Assembly: GCA_018830005.1 (NCBI GenBank)
Contig: JAHJTE010000001.1
Location: forward strand, 577,332 to 641,331
DNA length: 64,000 nucleotides
Direction of reading: 5' to 3'
From: Candidatus Omnitrophota bacterium
GTDB taxonomy: Bacteria > Omnitrophota > Gorgyraeia > JAHJTE01
Positions 18,628 to 28,117 of the stretch are shown one piece after another (position 1 is the first letter of the stretch; each line of letters opens with the position of its first letter). The notes beneath the pieces were generated by a model, which saw nothing but the letters and a program-made list of their open reading frames with translations, made no database searches and was not told the DNA's origin. A program made the position numbers and the translations under genes.

Positions 18628-19110
18628 ATGAAGAAATCTATTACAATTAAACCAATAGGGATGATCAATACGCCCTACAAAGAATCAAAGGGAATACCTA
18701 TTCAGGGTAAGTTTAAAAGGGGAGTTTCCGGCACTGCCAGAATATTTCCTGAATATAAAGCGGGCTTAAAGGATATCGAAGGTTTTTCGCATGTTATCTT
18801 GATCTATCATTTTAACCGCTCGAAAGAGGAAAAGCTCACTGGCAAACCTTTTCTTGAGGATACAGAACACGGCATATTCGCGATACGCAGTCCGCACCGG
18901 CCGAACCATATCGGTTTTTCGATAGTTAAACTGGAAAGCGTCAAAGACTGCATCATTACTTTTTCGGAAGTCGATATTTTGGACGGCACACCTTTGTTGG
19001 ATATCAAGCCTTATGTTTCACATTTTGACTCAAGAAAGAATGTGAAAAACGGCTGGCTCGAGAAACATTTTGAAAGCGGCGAGATCCCAAAGCGAGTAAA
19101 GTTGGAATAA
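18628..19110 (+). CDS. TsaA/YaeB-like SAM-dependent methyltransferase (UPF0066)
   Basis: IKPIGMINTPYKESKGIPIQG...FSHVILIYHF is characteristic of TsaA-like proteins. Confidence 0.65.
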   Translation: MKKSITIKPIGMINTPYKESKGIPIQGKFKRGVSGTARIFPEYKAGLKDIEGFSHVILIYHFNRSKEEKLTGKPFLEDTEHGIFAIRSPHRPNHIGFSIVKLESVKDCIITFSEVDILDGTPLLDIKPYVSHFDSRKNVKNGWLEKHFESGEIPKRVKLE

Positions 19111-19141
19111 TTGAAGCATAGGGAGTAAAATTCACAAAAAA

Positions 19142-19210
19142 GTCACATAACTGTAACGCGGATTTCATTTATATTTTCTAAACTATTATCAATTGAGAGC
19201 GTTATGTGAC
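19142..19210 (+). promoter_or_regulatory. Pho-box-like operator upstream of the phoB-like gene
   Basis: GTCACATAAC-TGTAAC at 19142-19157 and an inverted GTTATGTGAC at 19201-19210. Shares the GTCACA core with the repeats at 21727 and 23438. Confidence 0.35.
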
Positions 19211-19235
19211 TATAACCATTTAAGGAGAGATAAAA

Positions 19236-19925
19236 GTGGCTGGACAAAAAATTCTCGTAGTTGAGGATGATAAGCATATTTCCAAGCTTGTTAAATATAA
19301 TTTAGAAAAGGCAGGTTTTGATTGCATTGTTACCGTAACCGGTGAGGATGCCTTGGAAGCCTTGGACCGGGAGTCAGTTGATTTGATAATACTAGATATC
19401 ATGTTGCCTAAAATGGACGGCTTTGAAACATGTAGGCACATTAAGCAGGATAAAAAGTTGTCAGGCATTCCCATTATAATGCTTACGGCAAAAGGTGAAG
19501 AGGTAGATAAGGTGGTTGGTTTTGAGCTTGGGGCAGACGACTATGTTGTAAAACCTTTTAGCCCCAGAGAGCTTATCCTTCGCGTAAAAGCGATCTTAAA
19601 ACGTGGGAAGCCCAAGGAAGAAGAAAAAGATATCTTAAGCGTTGATAAACTAACAATAGATATCCCGCGGCATAAAGTGACTGTTGATAAAAAAGAGATA
19701 AAGCTAACTCAGCTTGAATTTAAGCTGTTAGTCACCCTTATTAAAAGGCGGGGCCGGGTTCAATCAAGAGATGCGTTGCTTGAAGATGTTTGGGATATCG
19801 CTTCCGATGTTACCACACGTACCATAGACACGCATATAAAGCGCCTAAGAGAAAAATTGGGTAAGTCAGGAAAGTTAATTGAAACAGTAAGAGGTATCGG
19901 CTATAGATTCAACGAGGGAGATTAG
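19236..19925 (+). CDS. phoB: OmpR/PhoB-family response regulator
   Basis: REC domain (ILVVEDD, DLIILDIMLPKMDG) plus a winged-helix output domain (RTIDTHIKRLREKL). Sits upstream of a sensor kinase and the pst operon. Confidence 0.8.
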   Translation: MAGQKILVVEDDKHISKLVKYNLEKAGFDCIVTVTGEDALEALDRESVDLIILDIMLPKMDGFETCRHIKQDKKLSGIPIIMLTAKGEEVDKVVGFELGADDYVVKPFSPRELILRVKAILKRGKPKEEEKDILSVDKLTIDIPRHKVTVDKKEIKLTQLEFKLLVTLIKRRGRVQSRDALLEDVWDIASDVTTRTIDTHIKRLREKLGKSGKLIETVRGIGYRFNEGD

Positions 19926-19927
19926 AT

Positions 19928-21700
19928 TTGAGAATAAACATCCAACATAAAATTGCCCTTATTTTTATAATAATCAGTGCGATTATTCTTTTAGGCGTAT
20001 TCTTTTACCTAAGTAATAATCTGAAAGGCTATACCTATAACAGAATAAAAAGTAATGTATCTAAACAGATTGCATTATGTAAATCTTATTTATCCGATAT
20101 CCCTTTGAAGGATATTGCTTCATACGATCTAGATGAAATAGCTGATAAAATAGGCCGTGATTTAGATCTGCGAGTTACCATTATTGGGCTTGATGGCACT
20201 GTATATGGCGATTCAGAGCTTGATGGCGACCATCTGCGAAGAGTAGAAAATCACCTCTATAGACCTGAGGTTCAACAGGCTCTTCAGTCAGGAATAGGTG
20301 AAAGCAGGCGATTCAGTACTACCATTAAAGAGGATTTTCTTTATATAGCTTCGGTATTTGATAAGAATGATACCAGGATGATTATTCGTTTATCTATCCC
20401 TCTATCTGAAATAGAGCAGTTGTTAAATCGCCTAGAACATACTCTAGGTTTTTCACTTTTAGCGGCTTTTATCCTGGCAGTATTAGTTAGCTACTTGGCT
20501 TCATATTTTATTTCCCGGCCGCTTAAAGAAATATCCTGGGCTTCACAAGACATCGCTCATGGCAATTACTCTAAGAAAATCTCCCTTTCATCAAATGACG
20601 AAATAGGAGACTTAGTCTCAGCCTTTAACTATATGTCAGAGCAAGTAAAAGCGCGCATTGAAGAAGTAAACGAAAGCAAATCCCGATTAGAAGCTGTTTT
20701 TTTAAGCATGTTTGAAGGAGTAATGGTAGTTGATGTTAGCGGTTCAATTTTGTTAATCAATAAGGCGTTAAAGACTCTTCTTAGGATTGAAGAAAATCCA
20801 TTGGAGAGAAAACCCATAGAAGTAATACGTAATTTACAGATACAAGAGATTGTCGATAATACATTGCATTCTAATAATGGGCTTATCTCGCAAGAGATAT
20901 CAACCCTTCTTCCAGAAGAGAAGGTTTTATTAGTACATGCAACTCCAATTAAGAAAGAAGGAAAGACGGAGGGTGCTGTATTAGTGTTCCATGACGTAAC
21001 AAACTTAAGAAAGCTTGAAAAAGTACGTCAAGACTTTGTGGCTAATGTATCCCATGAGCTCAGGACTCCCATATCCAGCATCAAAGGGTATGCCGAGACC
21101 TTGTTGGAAGGAGCCTTAAAGGATAAAGAAAATGCTAAGGATTTTTTAAAGATTATTCTTTCTGATTCCAACCGCCTGGCAACCTTGATAGATGATCTTT
21201 TGAATCTCTCCAAGGTAGAATCAGGTAAGCTGGCCATGGAAACAAAACCTTATAAATTACTGCCTCTCGCAGAAAAGGTTGTAGCGAGTTTAAAAGGGCA
21301 AATAGATAATAAGTCAATCGTAATAAAGATGAATATCCCTAAAGATATACCGGATATCCTCGCCGATGAAACAAGGATAAAGCAGGTTTTACTCAACCTT
21401 ATCGATAATGCTATAAAATACAATCATCCCAATGGAGAAATTTCAATAACAGCTTGCGAAATAAACAATTTCATCAAAGTCGACATTACCGATACCGGCA
21501 TTGGTATTTCCGATAAAGATTTACCGCGGCTTTTTGAGCGTTTTTATCGTGTGGATAAAGCTCGTTCCCGGGAATTAGGCGGAACAGGGCTTGGTCTTTC
21601 CATAGTTAAACATATTATCTCTGCCCATCATGGCGAAGTTTCTGTTGAAAGTATATTAGGCCAGGGCTCCACGTTTAGTTTTACCATCCCTAAGGCATAA
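19928..21700 (+). CDS. phoR: sensor histidine kinase (PhoR-like)
   Basis: Two TM segments, HAMP, PAS, H-box SHELRTPISSIKGY and the HATPase_c N/G boxes. TTG start overlaps the phoB-like gene end. Confidence 0.75.
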   Translation: MRINIQHKIALIFIIISAIILLGVFFYLSNNLKGYTYNRIKSNVSKQIALCKSYLSDIPLKDIASYDLDEIADKIGRDLDLRVTIIGLDGTVYGDSELDGDHLRRVENHLYRPEVQQALQSGIGESRRFSTTIKEDFLYIASVFDKNDTRMIIRLSIPLSEIEQLLNRLEHTLGFSLLAAFILAVLVSYLASYFISRPLKEISWASQDIAHGNYSKKISLSSNDEIGDLVSAFNYMSEQVKARIEEVNESKSRLEAVFLSMFEGVMVVDVSGSILLINKALKTLLRIEENPLERKPIEVIRNLQIQEIVDNTLHSNNGLISQEISTLLPEEKVLLVHATPIKKEGKTEGAVLVFHDVTNLRKLEKVRQDFVANVSHELRTPISSIKGYAETLLEGALKDKENAKDFLKIILSDSNRLATLIDDLLNLSKVESGKLAMETKPYKLLPLAEKVVASLKGQIDNKSIVIKMNIPKDIPDILADETRIKQVLLNLIDNAIKYNHPNGEISITACEINNFIKVDITDTGIGISDKDLPRLFERFYRVDKARSRELGGTGLGLSIVKHIISAHHGEVSVESILGQGSTFSFTIPKA

Positions 21701-21726
21701 AGCCTTCTCTTTTCCCTCTTTTATAT

Positions 21727-21780
21727 TTCACAAACAATTCACTTGTCCTTAATCTTTTCGTCACAGGCGTATTATATACT
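21727..21780 (+). promoter_or_regulatory. Pho-box-like direct repeats plus a -10 element upstream of the small-ORF/porin operon
   Basis: TTCACAAACAATTCACTTG (TTCACA repeated 11 bp apart), a further CGTCACAG, then TATACT. Confidence 0.35.
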
Positions 21781-21808
21781 TTTGCTTGAAGAAAGGGAAA
21801 AAGGACAA

Positions 21809-21946
21809 ATGAATGTCATTCTATGGTTATTAATTTTAATCTGTTTTGCTTCGATGGGGTATCTTTATTATCGCTTTTGCCAGAATACCGCCGCCGAGTT
21901 TTTGAATAGATTAAAAAATCAAAAGCAAAAGGAGGTGAGAAACTAA
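21809..21946 (+). CDS. small membrane protein
   Basis: ATG at 21809 after GAAAGGGAAAAAGGA. 45 aa with one TM helix. Confidence 0.3.
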   Translation: MNVILWLLILICFASMGYLYYRFCQNTAAEFLNRLKNQKQKEVRN

Positions 21947-22147
21947 ATGCAAGGGGTGGTAAAAACTATGTCAAGCCTGCAAAGTGATTTTGTTGCGAGT
22001 TCTCTGCGTTCGCAACTCGTTACTCTACAGAACATATTGAATGACATCGAAAGTTCGCAAAGCATCGAAGATGTTTATGTGGAAGGATCATTGAGGCGTG
22101 TAGAAAAAGAACTTTGCCGACTTAGGAAATTTTTTAGTAGCAATTAA
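21947..22147 (+). CDS. hypothetical protein
   Basis: 66 aa ORF between the small membrane ORF and the porin. GGAGG lies upstream. Confidence 0.3.
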   Translation: MQGVVKTMSSLQSDFVASSLRSQLVTLQNILNDIESSQSIEDVYVEGSLRRVEKELCRLRKFFSSN

Positions 22148-22163
22148 AAAGGAGGGTTTAAAA

Positions 22164-23396
22164 ATGAGGAAGATTTCTTTTGTTATGATTGTTGGAATGT
22201 TGCTGAGCTTATTCAGTTCACAACAGCTTTATGCAGGAGAGATTGATGTTTTGGTGGATAAGTTAGTGGAAAAAGGATTCCTTACTCCTGTTGAGGCACA
22301 AATAGTTTTAGACGAAACGAAACATGAGGTTGCCAAAGAAGTAGCGAAAGGGGAATCGTACGCGCTTCCTAAGTGGGTTCAAAATATTAAATTCAAAGGA
22401 GACTTAAGGACTCGCTATCAATGGGAAAAGCAAAAAGGCAGCGAAGAACGGCACAGAGGACGTATTCGCTTTAGATTGGGATCTGAGATGAAAGTCACTG
22501 AAGGCCTTAAGGTTGCCGCAGGGCTTGCGACAGGAGGGACGGATCCTCGCTCGACAAATGAGACCTTGGATAATACCTTTGAAACGCCTGATATAAGGTT
22601 AGATTATGCTTATGCTCAATATGTGCCTGTATCATGGCTCACCCTTATGGGTGGAAAAATCAAGGGTATGCCTTTCTGGACGCCATCTGATCTTTTATGG
22701 GATTCTGATATTAATCCTGATGGAGCTGCCATCAACTTATATCACGGATTATCTTCAAATATAGATGGCTTCTTCAACGCAGGATTGTTTATTTTGGATG
22801 AGGCAAGCAGTGATACTTCAGATCCTTTTATGTACGTATTACAACCGGGTGTCGATATCAAGCTTAATGATGATATTAATCTAAAGACAGCCGTTGCTTA
22901 TTATGGTTTTGATAACATAAAGGGAAGCACGCTTGATCATTCAAGCGGTACAAATTCTTTGTCCGGAAGTGGCTTGCAGTACAATTATGATTCTCTTGGC
23001 GTAAGCACTGAATTAGGATTTAAGAATCCTTTAGGTATAGAAGCTTTGCCTTATTTTGCTTTGATTGGTGAATACGTAAACAACTTTGATCCTTCTAGTG
23101 ATAATGATGGTTTTTTAGTTGGTTGTGCATTTGGAGATAAGAAAGTAGGCAAAAAAGGGCAATGGCAGGGTAAGTACCTTTATAGGCGTTTAGAAAGAGA
23201 TGCTTTTCTTGATACTTTTCCAGACTCAGATTTCTATGGTGGCGAAACTAACGCAAAAGGTCACGAAGCAATATTCCAATATGGACTGCTTGATAACGTA
23301 ATATTGGGACTTGACTACTATTATTCTGAGCCTATTAAGGGAGTTACAAGGAATGAAGAGCATCTTTTCCAAACAGACATAGTATTCAAATTCTAA
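22164..23396 (+). CDS. outer-membrane porin, phosphate-selective porin O/P-like
   Basis: Signal peptide (MRKISFVMIVGMLLSLFSSQQLYA), beta-strand-rich 410 aa, C-terminal aromatic residue (..VFKF). Sits inside the pho cluster. Confidence 0.55.
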   Translation: MRKISFVMIVGMLLSLFSSQQLYAGEIDVLVDKLVEKGFLTPVEAQIVLDETKHEVAKEVAKGESYALPKWVQNIKFKGDLRTRYQWEKQKGSEERHRGRIRFRLGSEMKVTEGLKVAAGLATGGTDPRSTNETLDNTFETPDIRLDYAYAQYVPVSWLTLMGGKIKGMPFWTPSDLLWDSDINPDGAAINLYHGLSSNIDGFFNAGLFILDEASSDTSDPFMYVLQPGVDIKLNDDINLKTAVAYYGFDNIKGSTLDHSSGTNSLSGSGLQYNYDSLGVSTELGFKNPLGIEALPYFALIGEYVNNFDPSSDNDGFLVGCAFGDKKVGKKGQWQGKYLYRRLERDAFLDTFPDSDFYGGETNAKGHEAIFQYGLLDNVILGLDYYYSEPIKGVTRNEEHLFQTDIVFKF

Positions 23397-23437
23397 TGGA
23401 CATGCAATCAAAATAAATTTGCAGAGAATTACCATGT

Positions 23438-23456
23438 TTGTCACACAATTGTCACA
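23438..23456 (+). promoter_or_regulatory. Pho box (tandem TTGTCACA repeats, 11-bp period) upstream of pstS
   Basis: TTGTCACA-CAA-TTGTCACA, followed by an AT-rich -10 region. Confidence 0.5.
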
Positions 23457-23495
23457 ATTAAATATTAATATATTATTGAAAAGGAGGAAAACGTC

Positions 23496-24377
23496 ATGAA
23501 GAAACATATTAGAAATTTAGTTTTGCTGGTGAGTGTATTAAGTTTCGCGGTTACTAATGTATTTGCTCAAGAAATGATTCAGGTTAAAGGGTCAGACACA
23601 TTGATCAACCTGGTGCAAAGATTATCAGAAAGTTACATGGAGGAGAACCCGGGCAAATTTATTGCCGTTACCGGAGGCGGTTCGGGGACGGGAATCGCCG
23701 CATTAATTAATGGTAAGTGCGATATCGCGAACGCATCGCGTCTTATGAAAGATAAAGAGATCGCCCAGGCTCAAGATGGCGGTATTAATCCAAAAAGAAT
23801 CGTTGTTGCGATAGACGGATTATGCGTTATCACTAACTTAAAAAACCGAACCAATAAGCTTACCGTGGATGAAGTGGGTAAGATTTTCCGTGGGGAGATT
23901 ACTAACTGGAAAGAGATAGGTGGGGATGATGTATCAATTACTCTCTATGGCAGGCAATCAAATTCAGGAACGTACGAATTCTTAAAGGACGTGGTTTTAA
24001 AGGGTGACTATTCGTCAAGAATGAGAAGGATGAATGGGAATGCCCAAATAGTTGAGGCCGTAAAACAAGATATATCGGGAATAGGTTATGTCGGCGTAGG
24101 CTATGTAAAGGAAGAAAAAGGATTAATAGTTCTTGATATTGCAGCTAGCGCAGGTGGAGAATACAGCAGTCCTCTTAACCTTAATGATGTAAAAACAGGA
24201 AAATATCCGATTACAAGGCCCTTAAATCAATACATCAATGGTACACCTAAGGGTGATGCGCGTGATTTTATTCTTTTTGAGTTGAGCGAAGAAGGGCAGA
24301 AAATAGTTGAAGAAGAAGGATTTTTTTCTCTGCCTGATGAATATAGCGAATTCAATAATAAAGCACTGGGCATATAA
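23496..24377 (+). CDS. pstS: phosphate ABC transporter substrate-binding protein
   Basis: Signal peptide. IAVTGGGSGTGIAAL... and GYVGVGY motifs of PstS. Confidence 0.85.
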   Translation: MKKHIRNLVLLVSVLSFAVTNVFAQEMIQVKGSDTLINLVQRLSESYMEENPGKFIAVTGGGSGTGIAALINGKCDIANASRLMKDKEIAQAQDGGINPKRIVVAIDGLCVITNLKNRTNKLTVDEVGKIFRGEITNWKEIGGDDVSITLYGRQSNSGTYEFLKDVVLKGDYSSRMRRMNGNAQIVEAVKQDISGIGYVGVGYVKEEKGLIVLDIAASAGGEYSSPLNLNDVKTGKYPITRPLNQYINGTPKGDARDFILFELSEEGQKIVEEEGFFSLPDEYSEFNNKALGI

Positions 24378-24397
24378 GAACACTAGAGGGAAAGAAT

Positions 24398-25276
24398 TTG
24401 ACCAATTTAAAAGAAAGAATTATCCACGGTGTTTTTCTGATTAATGGGCTATTGGTTGTGATGGTGCTTTTAGGGATCTTTGGGTTGCTTGTTTTTACCT
24501 CAATCCCAGCATTTAAAGAGATACGCATAGGAGAATTTCTATTTAGTACCAACTGGAACCCTACTTCCTATGTAAAGCCAGCCTACGGGATTGTTCCTAT
24601 GCTTGTCAGCACTTTTATGGTTACCTTGGGGGCGCTGTTTATCGCAATTCCTTTAGGTATAGGCACGGCAGCTTATTTATCGGACGTAGCCAACCAACGT
24701 GTCAGAGAAATCGCTAAACCTATTATTGAAATATTGGCAGGAATCCCTTCGGTTGTTATAGGATTTCTAGGCATTGTTTTAGTGGGTCCTTTTATTTCTA
24801 AGATATTTGGGCTACATAACGGATTAAATGCTCTTAACGGAGCAATCCTTTTAGCTGTTATGGCTCTTCCAACGATAATCAGCTTATCCGAAGACGCACT
24901 CAAAAGCGTTCCTAAAGCCTATCAGCATGCCTCATTGGCTTTAGGCGCGACACATTGGCAAACACTTGTAAAAGTGAAAATTCCTGCTGCTTTATCTGGA
25001 ATAATCGCCGCGGTGATGCTTGGAATGGGAAGAGCCATAGGTGAGACGATGACCGTTCTGATGGCAACCGGATGCGCTCCGGCTATGCCGAGAAGCTTTT
25101 TGGATTCTGTTCGCACAATGACTTCGACTATCGCTATTGAATTAGGCGAGGTGCCTTACAATACGACGCACTACTACGCGCTTTTTGGTGTGGGATTGAC
25201 TCTTTTTATTATTACTTTCTTAGTGAATATGGTTTCGGACATTATCCTACATAGACACGAGAGGCTTATGAAATGA
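24398..25276 (+). CDS. pstC: phosphate ABC transporter permease
   Basis: 6-TM permease with an EAA-like loop. First permease of the operon. Confidence 0.85.
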   Translation: MTNLKERIIHGVFLINGLLVVMVLLGIFGLLVFTSIPAFKEIRIGEFLFSTNWNPTSYVKPAYGIVPMLVSTFMVTLGALFIAIPLGIGTAAYLSDVANQRVREIAKPIIEILAGIPSVVIGFLGIVLVGPFISKIFGLHNGLNALNGAILLAVMALPTIISLSEDALKSVPKAYQHASLALGATHWQTLVKVKIPAALSGIIAAVMLGMGRAIGETMTVLMATGCAPAMPRSFLDSVRTMTSTIAIELGEVPYNTTHYYALFGVGLTLFIITFLVNMVSDIILHRHERLMK

Positions 25277-26127
25277 ACAAAAAACACTTTAAAGAACTTA
25301 TGGGATTTATATTGCTCAAGATTTGCATAAGCATTATCGGTTTAATACTGATAATCATACTTTACGATATTATAAGTAAAGGCGCTGGAAAAATATCTTG
25401 GGAGTTCCTTACATCTATGCCCAGAAAAGGAATGACAGAAGGCGGTATATTACCTGCTATCGTAGGTACAGTTATGGTTACGGCAATTACCGCGATTCTA
25501 TCAGTCCCCTTAGGTATGGGTTGTGCCATTTATCTCAATGAATACGCTAAAGATAATAAGATAACAAGATTGATCCGAATGTCGATACGAAACCTCTCTG
25601 GGGTTCCTTCGATTGTATACGGTTTATTTGGAGTAGTACTTTTTGTGCAATTGATGCATATCGGAACATGTATCTTAGCGGCAGGGTTGACATTAGGCTT
25701 AATGACCTTGCCATGGACAATTACCGCAAGCGAAGAAGCATTAAAGAATGTGCCAAATTCATATAGAGATGGAGCATTAGCTTTGGGGGCTTCAAAATGG
25801 CAGGCTATTAGGACGAATGTTTTGCCGTATGCGATTCCCGGTATGCTTACGGGGACTATTCTAGGATTAGCTCGAGCAGCCGGAGAGACAGCTCCAATAT
25901 TATTTACCGGAGCAGCGTTTTATCTGCCTTTTCTACCAAAATCCTTGTTTACGCAGTTTATGGCGTTACCCTATCATCTTTATATAATGTCAACGCAACA
26001 CCACGCAATAGCGAAGGTAAGACCAATTGCTTATGGAACAGCACTTGTATTGATAGTATTAGTTTTTACGATGAATTTGTCAGCAATAATCCTAAGGTAT
26101 CAATTAAGGAAGCGCAGACTGGAGTAG
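25273..26127 (+). CDS. pstA: phosphate ABC transporter permease
   Basis: Second permease. Overlaps pstC by 4 nt. DGALALGASKWQ motif. Confidence 0.85.
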   Translation: MNKKHFKELMGFILLKICISIIGLILIIILYDIISKGAGKISWEFLTSMPRKGMTEGGILPAIVGTVMVTAITAILSVPLGMGCAIYLNEYAKDNKITRLIRMSIRNLSGVPSIVYGLFGVVLFVQLMHIGTCILAAGLTLGLMTLPWTITASEEALKNVPNSYRDGALALGASKWQAIRTNVLPYAIPGMLTGTILGLARAAGETAPILFTGAAFYLPFLPKSLFTQFMALPYHLYIMSTQHHAIAKVRPIAYGTALVLIVLVFTMNLSAIILRYQLRKRRLE

Positions 26128-26133
26128 GAAATA

Positions 26134-26889
26134 ATGGATGTTAAGATAAAATCGGAGAATCTTAATTTTTATTACAATGAAGTACAAGCTTTAAAAGATA
26201 TTTCTATGGATATCTTGCCGAACAAAGTTGTTGGCATTATAGGGCCTTCAGGGTGCGGGAAATCCACTTTTTTACGTAGCATAAACCGTATGAATGATGT
26301 TATCTTCGGTGCCAAATCTGAAGGTAAGCTCCTGATAGATGGGAAGAATATTTATGATCCTGACGTTGATGTTGTTCAAATTAGAAGAAGAGTGGGAATG
26401 GTTTTCCAAAAGTCCAACCCATTTCCTAAAACAATTTTTGATAATGTTGCGTATGGCCTAAGAGTAAACGGAATAAAAGATAAGGAGTATGTTATCCAAA
26501 AGGTGGAAAAGAGCTTAAAAGACGCGGCCCTTTGGAATGAAGTGAAAGACAGGTTTTCCAAAAGCGCTTTTGATTTATCCGGCGGACAACAGCAGAGATT
26601 GTGTATTGCCAGAGCGTTGGCAGTCGAACCCGAAGTATTGTTGATGGATGAACCAGCTTCCGCGTTGGATCCTACAGCTACGCTGAAGATAGAAGAGCTA
26701 ATTCAAGAATTAAAAAAGAAATACACGATTATAATAGTTACTCACAATATGCAACAAGCAGCGCGCATATCTGATTATACAGCTTTCTTTATGATGGGAG
26801 AGTTGGTAGAATATGATATTACAAGCAAAATTTTTACTAAGCCATCCAAGAAAATTACCGAGGATTATATAACAGGAAGATTTGGATAA
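26134..26889 (+). CDS. pstB: phosphate ABC transporter ATP-binding protein
   Basis: Walker [10 protein letters not shown], signature LSGGQQQRL, Walker [12 protein letters not shown]. Confidence 0.9.
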   Translation: MDVKIKSENLNFYYNEVQALKDISMDILPNKVVGIIGPSGCGKSTFLRSINRMNDVIFGAKSEGKLLIDGKNIYDPDVDVVQIRRRVGMVFQKSNPFPKTIFDNVAYGLRVNGIKDKEYVIQKVEKSLKDAALWNEVKDRFSKSAFDLSGGQQQRLCIARALAVEPEVLLMDEPASALDPTATLKIEELIQELKKKYTIIIVTHNMQQAARISDYTAFFMMGELVEYDITSKIFTKPSKKITEDYITGRFG

Positions 26890-26904
26890 AAAAAAGGAGT
26901 TTTT

Positions 26905-27582
26905 ATGAAGAGACATTTTGATGAAGATTTAAAAAAATTAAATACGGATATTCTAAAAATGGCTACACTTGCGGAAGAGGCAATCTTTAAATCGATAGAG
27001 GCCTTAAAGAACAGAGATAAAGAATTGGCGCAATCCGTAATCCAGGAAGACAAAAGCGTTGATGAACTGGAATTAACCGTAGAAGAAATTGCCATTGATC
27101 TTCTGGCCTTGAAACAGCCGCTGGCACGAGATTTAAGGTTTATCACTACAGGAATGAAAATCAATGCCGAACTGGAAAGAATAGCGGATCTTGCTGTCAA
27201 TATCGCTCAGCGTGTTCTTGAACTCTCAGATAAACCGATATTGAAACCTCTTATTGATATTCCTAAACTGACCGATGTTGCAAGAAAAATGGTAAAAGAT
27301 GTTATTGATGCTTTTGTCAATAGTGATGAAACCTTAGCAAGAAAAGTAATACTTTCCGATTCGGAGGCTGATAATTTGAGGAATTTAATTCAGGAAGAGC
27401 TCATCAATGATTATATGAGTAAGGATGCTTCAACCGCTACCCGGGCAGTTCCGCTTCTTCTAATAGCCCGCCATTTAGAAAGGATTTGTGACCACGCAAC
27501 CAACATTGCTGAAGATGTTATATATATGGTTCAGGCCAAGGTCGTGAAACACCATCCGGAGAAGCTCAAAAATAATAAATAA
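26905..27582 (+). CDS. phoU: phosphate signalling complex protein PhoU
   Basis: Two PhoU repeats (EELAQSVIQEDKSVD..., ARDLRFITTGMKINAELERIAD). Confidence 0.85.
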   Translation: MKRHFDEDLKKLNTDILKMATLAEEAIFKSIEALKNRDKELAQSVIQEDKSVDELELTVEEIAIDLLALKQPLARDLRFITTGMKINAELERIADLAVNIAQRVLELSDKPILKPLIDIPKLTDVARKMVKDVIDAFVNSDETLARKVILSDSEADNLRNLIQEELINDYMSKDASTATRAVPLLLIARHLERICDHATNIAEDVIYMVQAKVVKHHPEKLKNNK

Positions 27583-27616
27583 CAATCGTTCCGCCGATCC
27601 CAAATTTTAATTTTTA

Positions 27617-27665
27617 TTGACAATCAGATGATTGAGTTGTACAATATAGCAAATTGGCTATATAG
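27617..27665 (+). promoter_or_regulatory. sigma70-like promoter with an ArsR-type palindromic operator
   Basis: TTGACA 27617-27622, 17-nt spacer, TACAAT 27640-27645. ATATAGC-aaattg-GCTATAT palindrome overlaps the -10/+1 region. Confidence 0.55.
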
Positions 27666-27678
27666 AGCTGACAAAAAA

Positions 27679-28053
27679 ATGAATCATTTATTAATTAGAG
27701 ATTTAGACAAAACAGTAAAAGCCTCGGCAGACGCTAACCGTATAAGAATTCTGTGTATGTTGCAGGACAAAAAGATGTGTGTCTGCGAGATCGCTTTCGT
27801 ATTAAATATTGCCCAGCCCAGCGTGTCCAGGCATCTTAAGAAATTGAAAGCGGCGGGGTTTATCTCCAGTGAAAATGAGGGATTGTGGACGAATTATTAT
27901 TTATGCCCTCAAAACTCTTACGCGAAGAATTTTATCAGGAATTTGAATTCATGGATTATTTCCGATGAAATTATTGCTCAGGATAAAAAGAAAGCCGATA
28001 AGGCGGATAGAGAAAAGCTCTGCTGTCCGCCTGCCCCGTTAAAGAAAGAATAA
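27679..28053 (+). CDS. arsR: ArsR/SmtB-family transcriptional repressor
   Basis: RIRILCMLQDKKMCVCEIAFVLNIAQPSVSRHLKKL HTH with a metal-binding Cys pair. Start placed at the ATG at 27679 because the upstream in-frame ATG lies inside the promoter. Confidence 0.7.
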   Translation: MNHLLIRDLDKTVKASADANRIRILCMLQDKKMCVCEIAFVLNIAQPSVSRHLKKLKAAGFISSENEGLWTNYYLCPQNSYAKNFIRNLNSWIISDEIIAQDKKKADKADREKLCCPPAPLKKE

Positions 28054-28117
28054 TCTCTAACGGGGTAATTTTTTTTACCTTTTTACATAGCAAATCCGCT
28101 ATTTAGGAGACGTTTTC

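Noticed and set aside
27628-27678. Upstream in-frame ATG for arsR (ORF track start 27628)
   Set aside because: That ATG lies inside the -35/-10 promoter elements. The start at 27679 gives a normal ArsR N-terminus.
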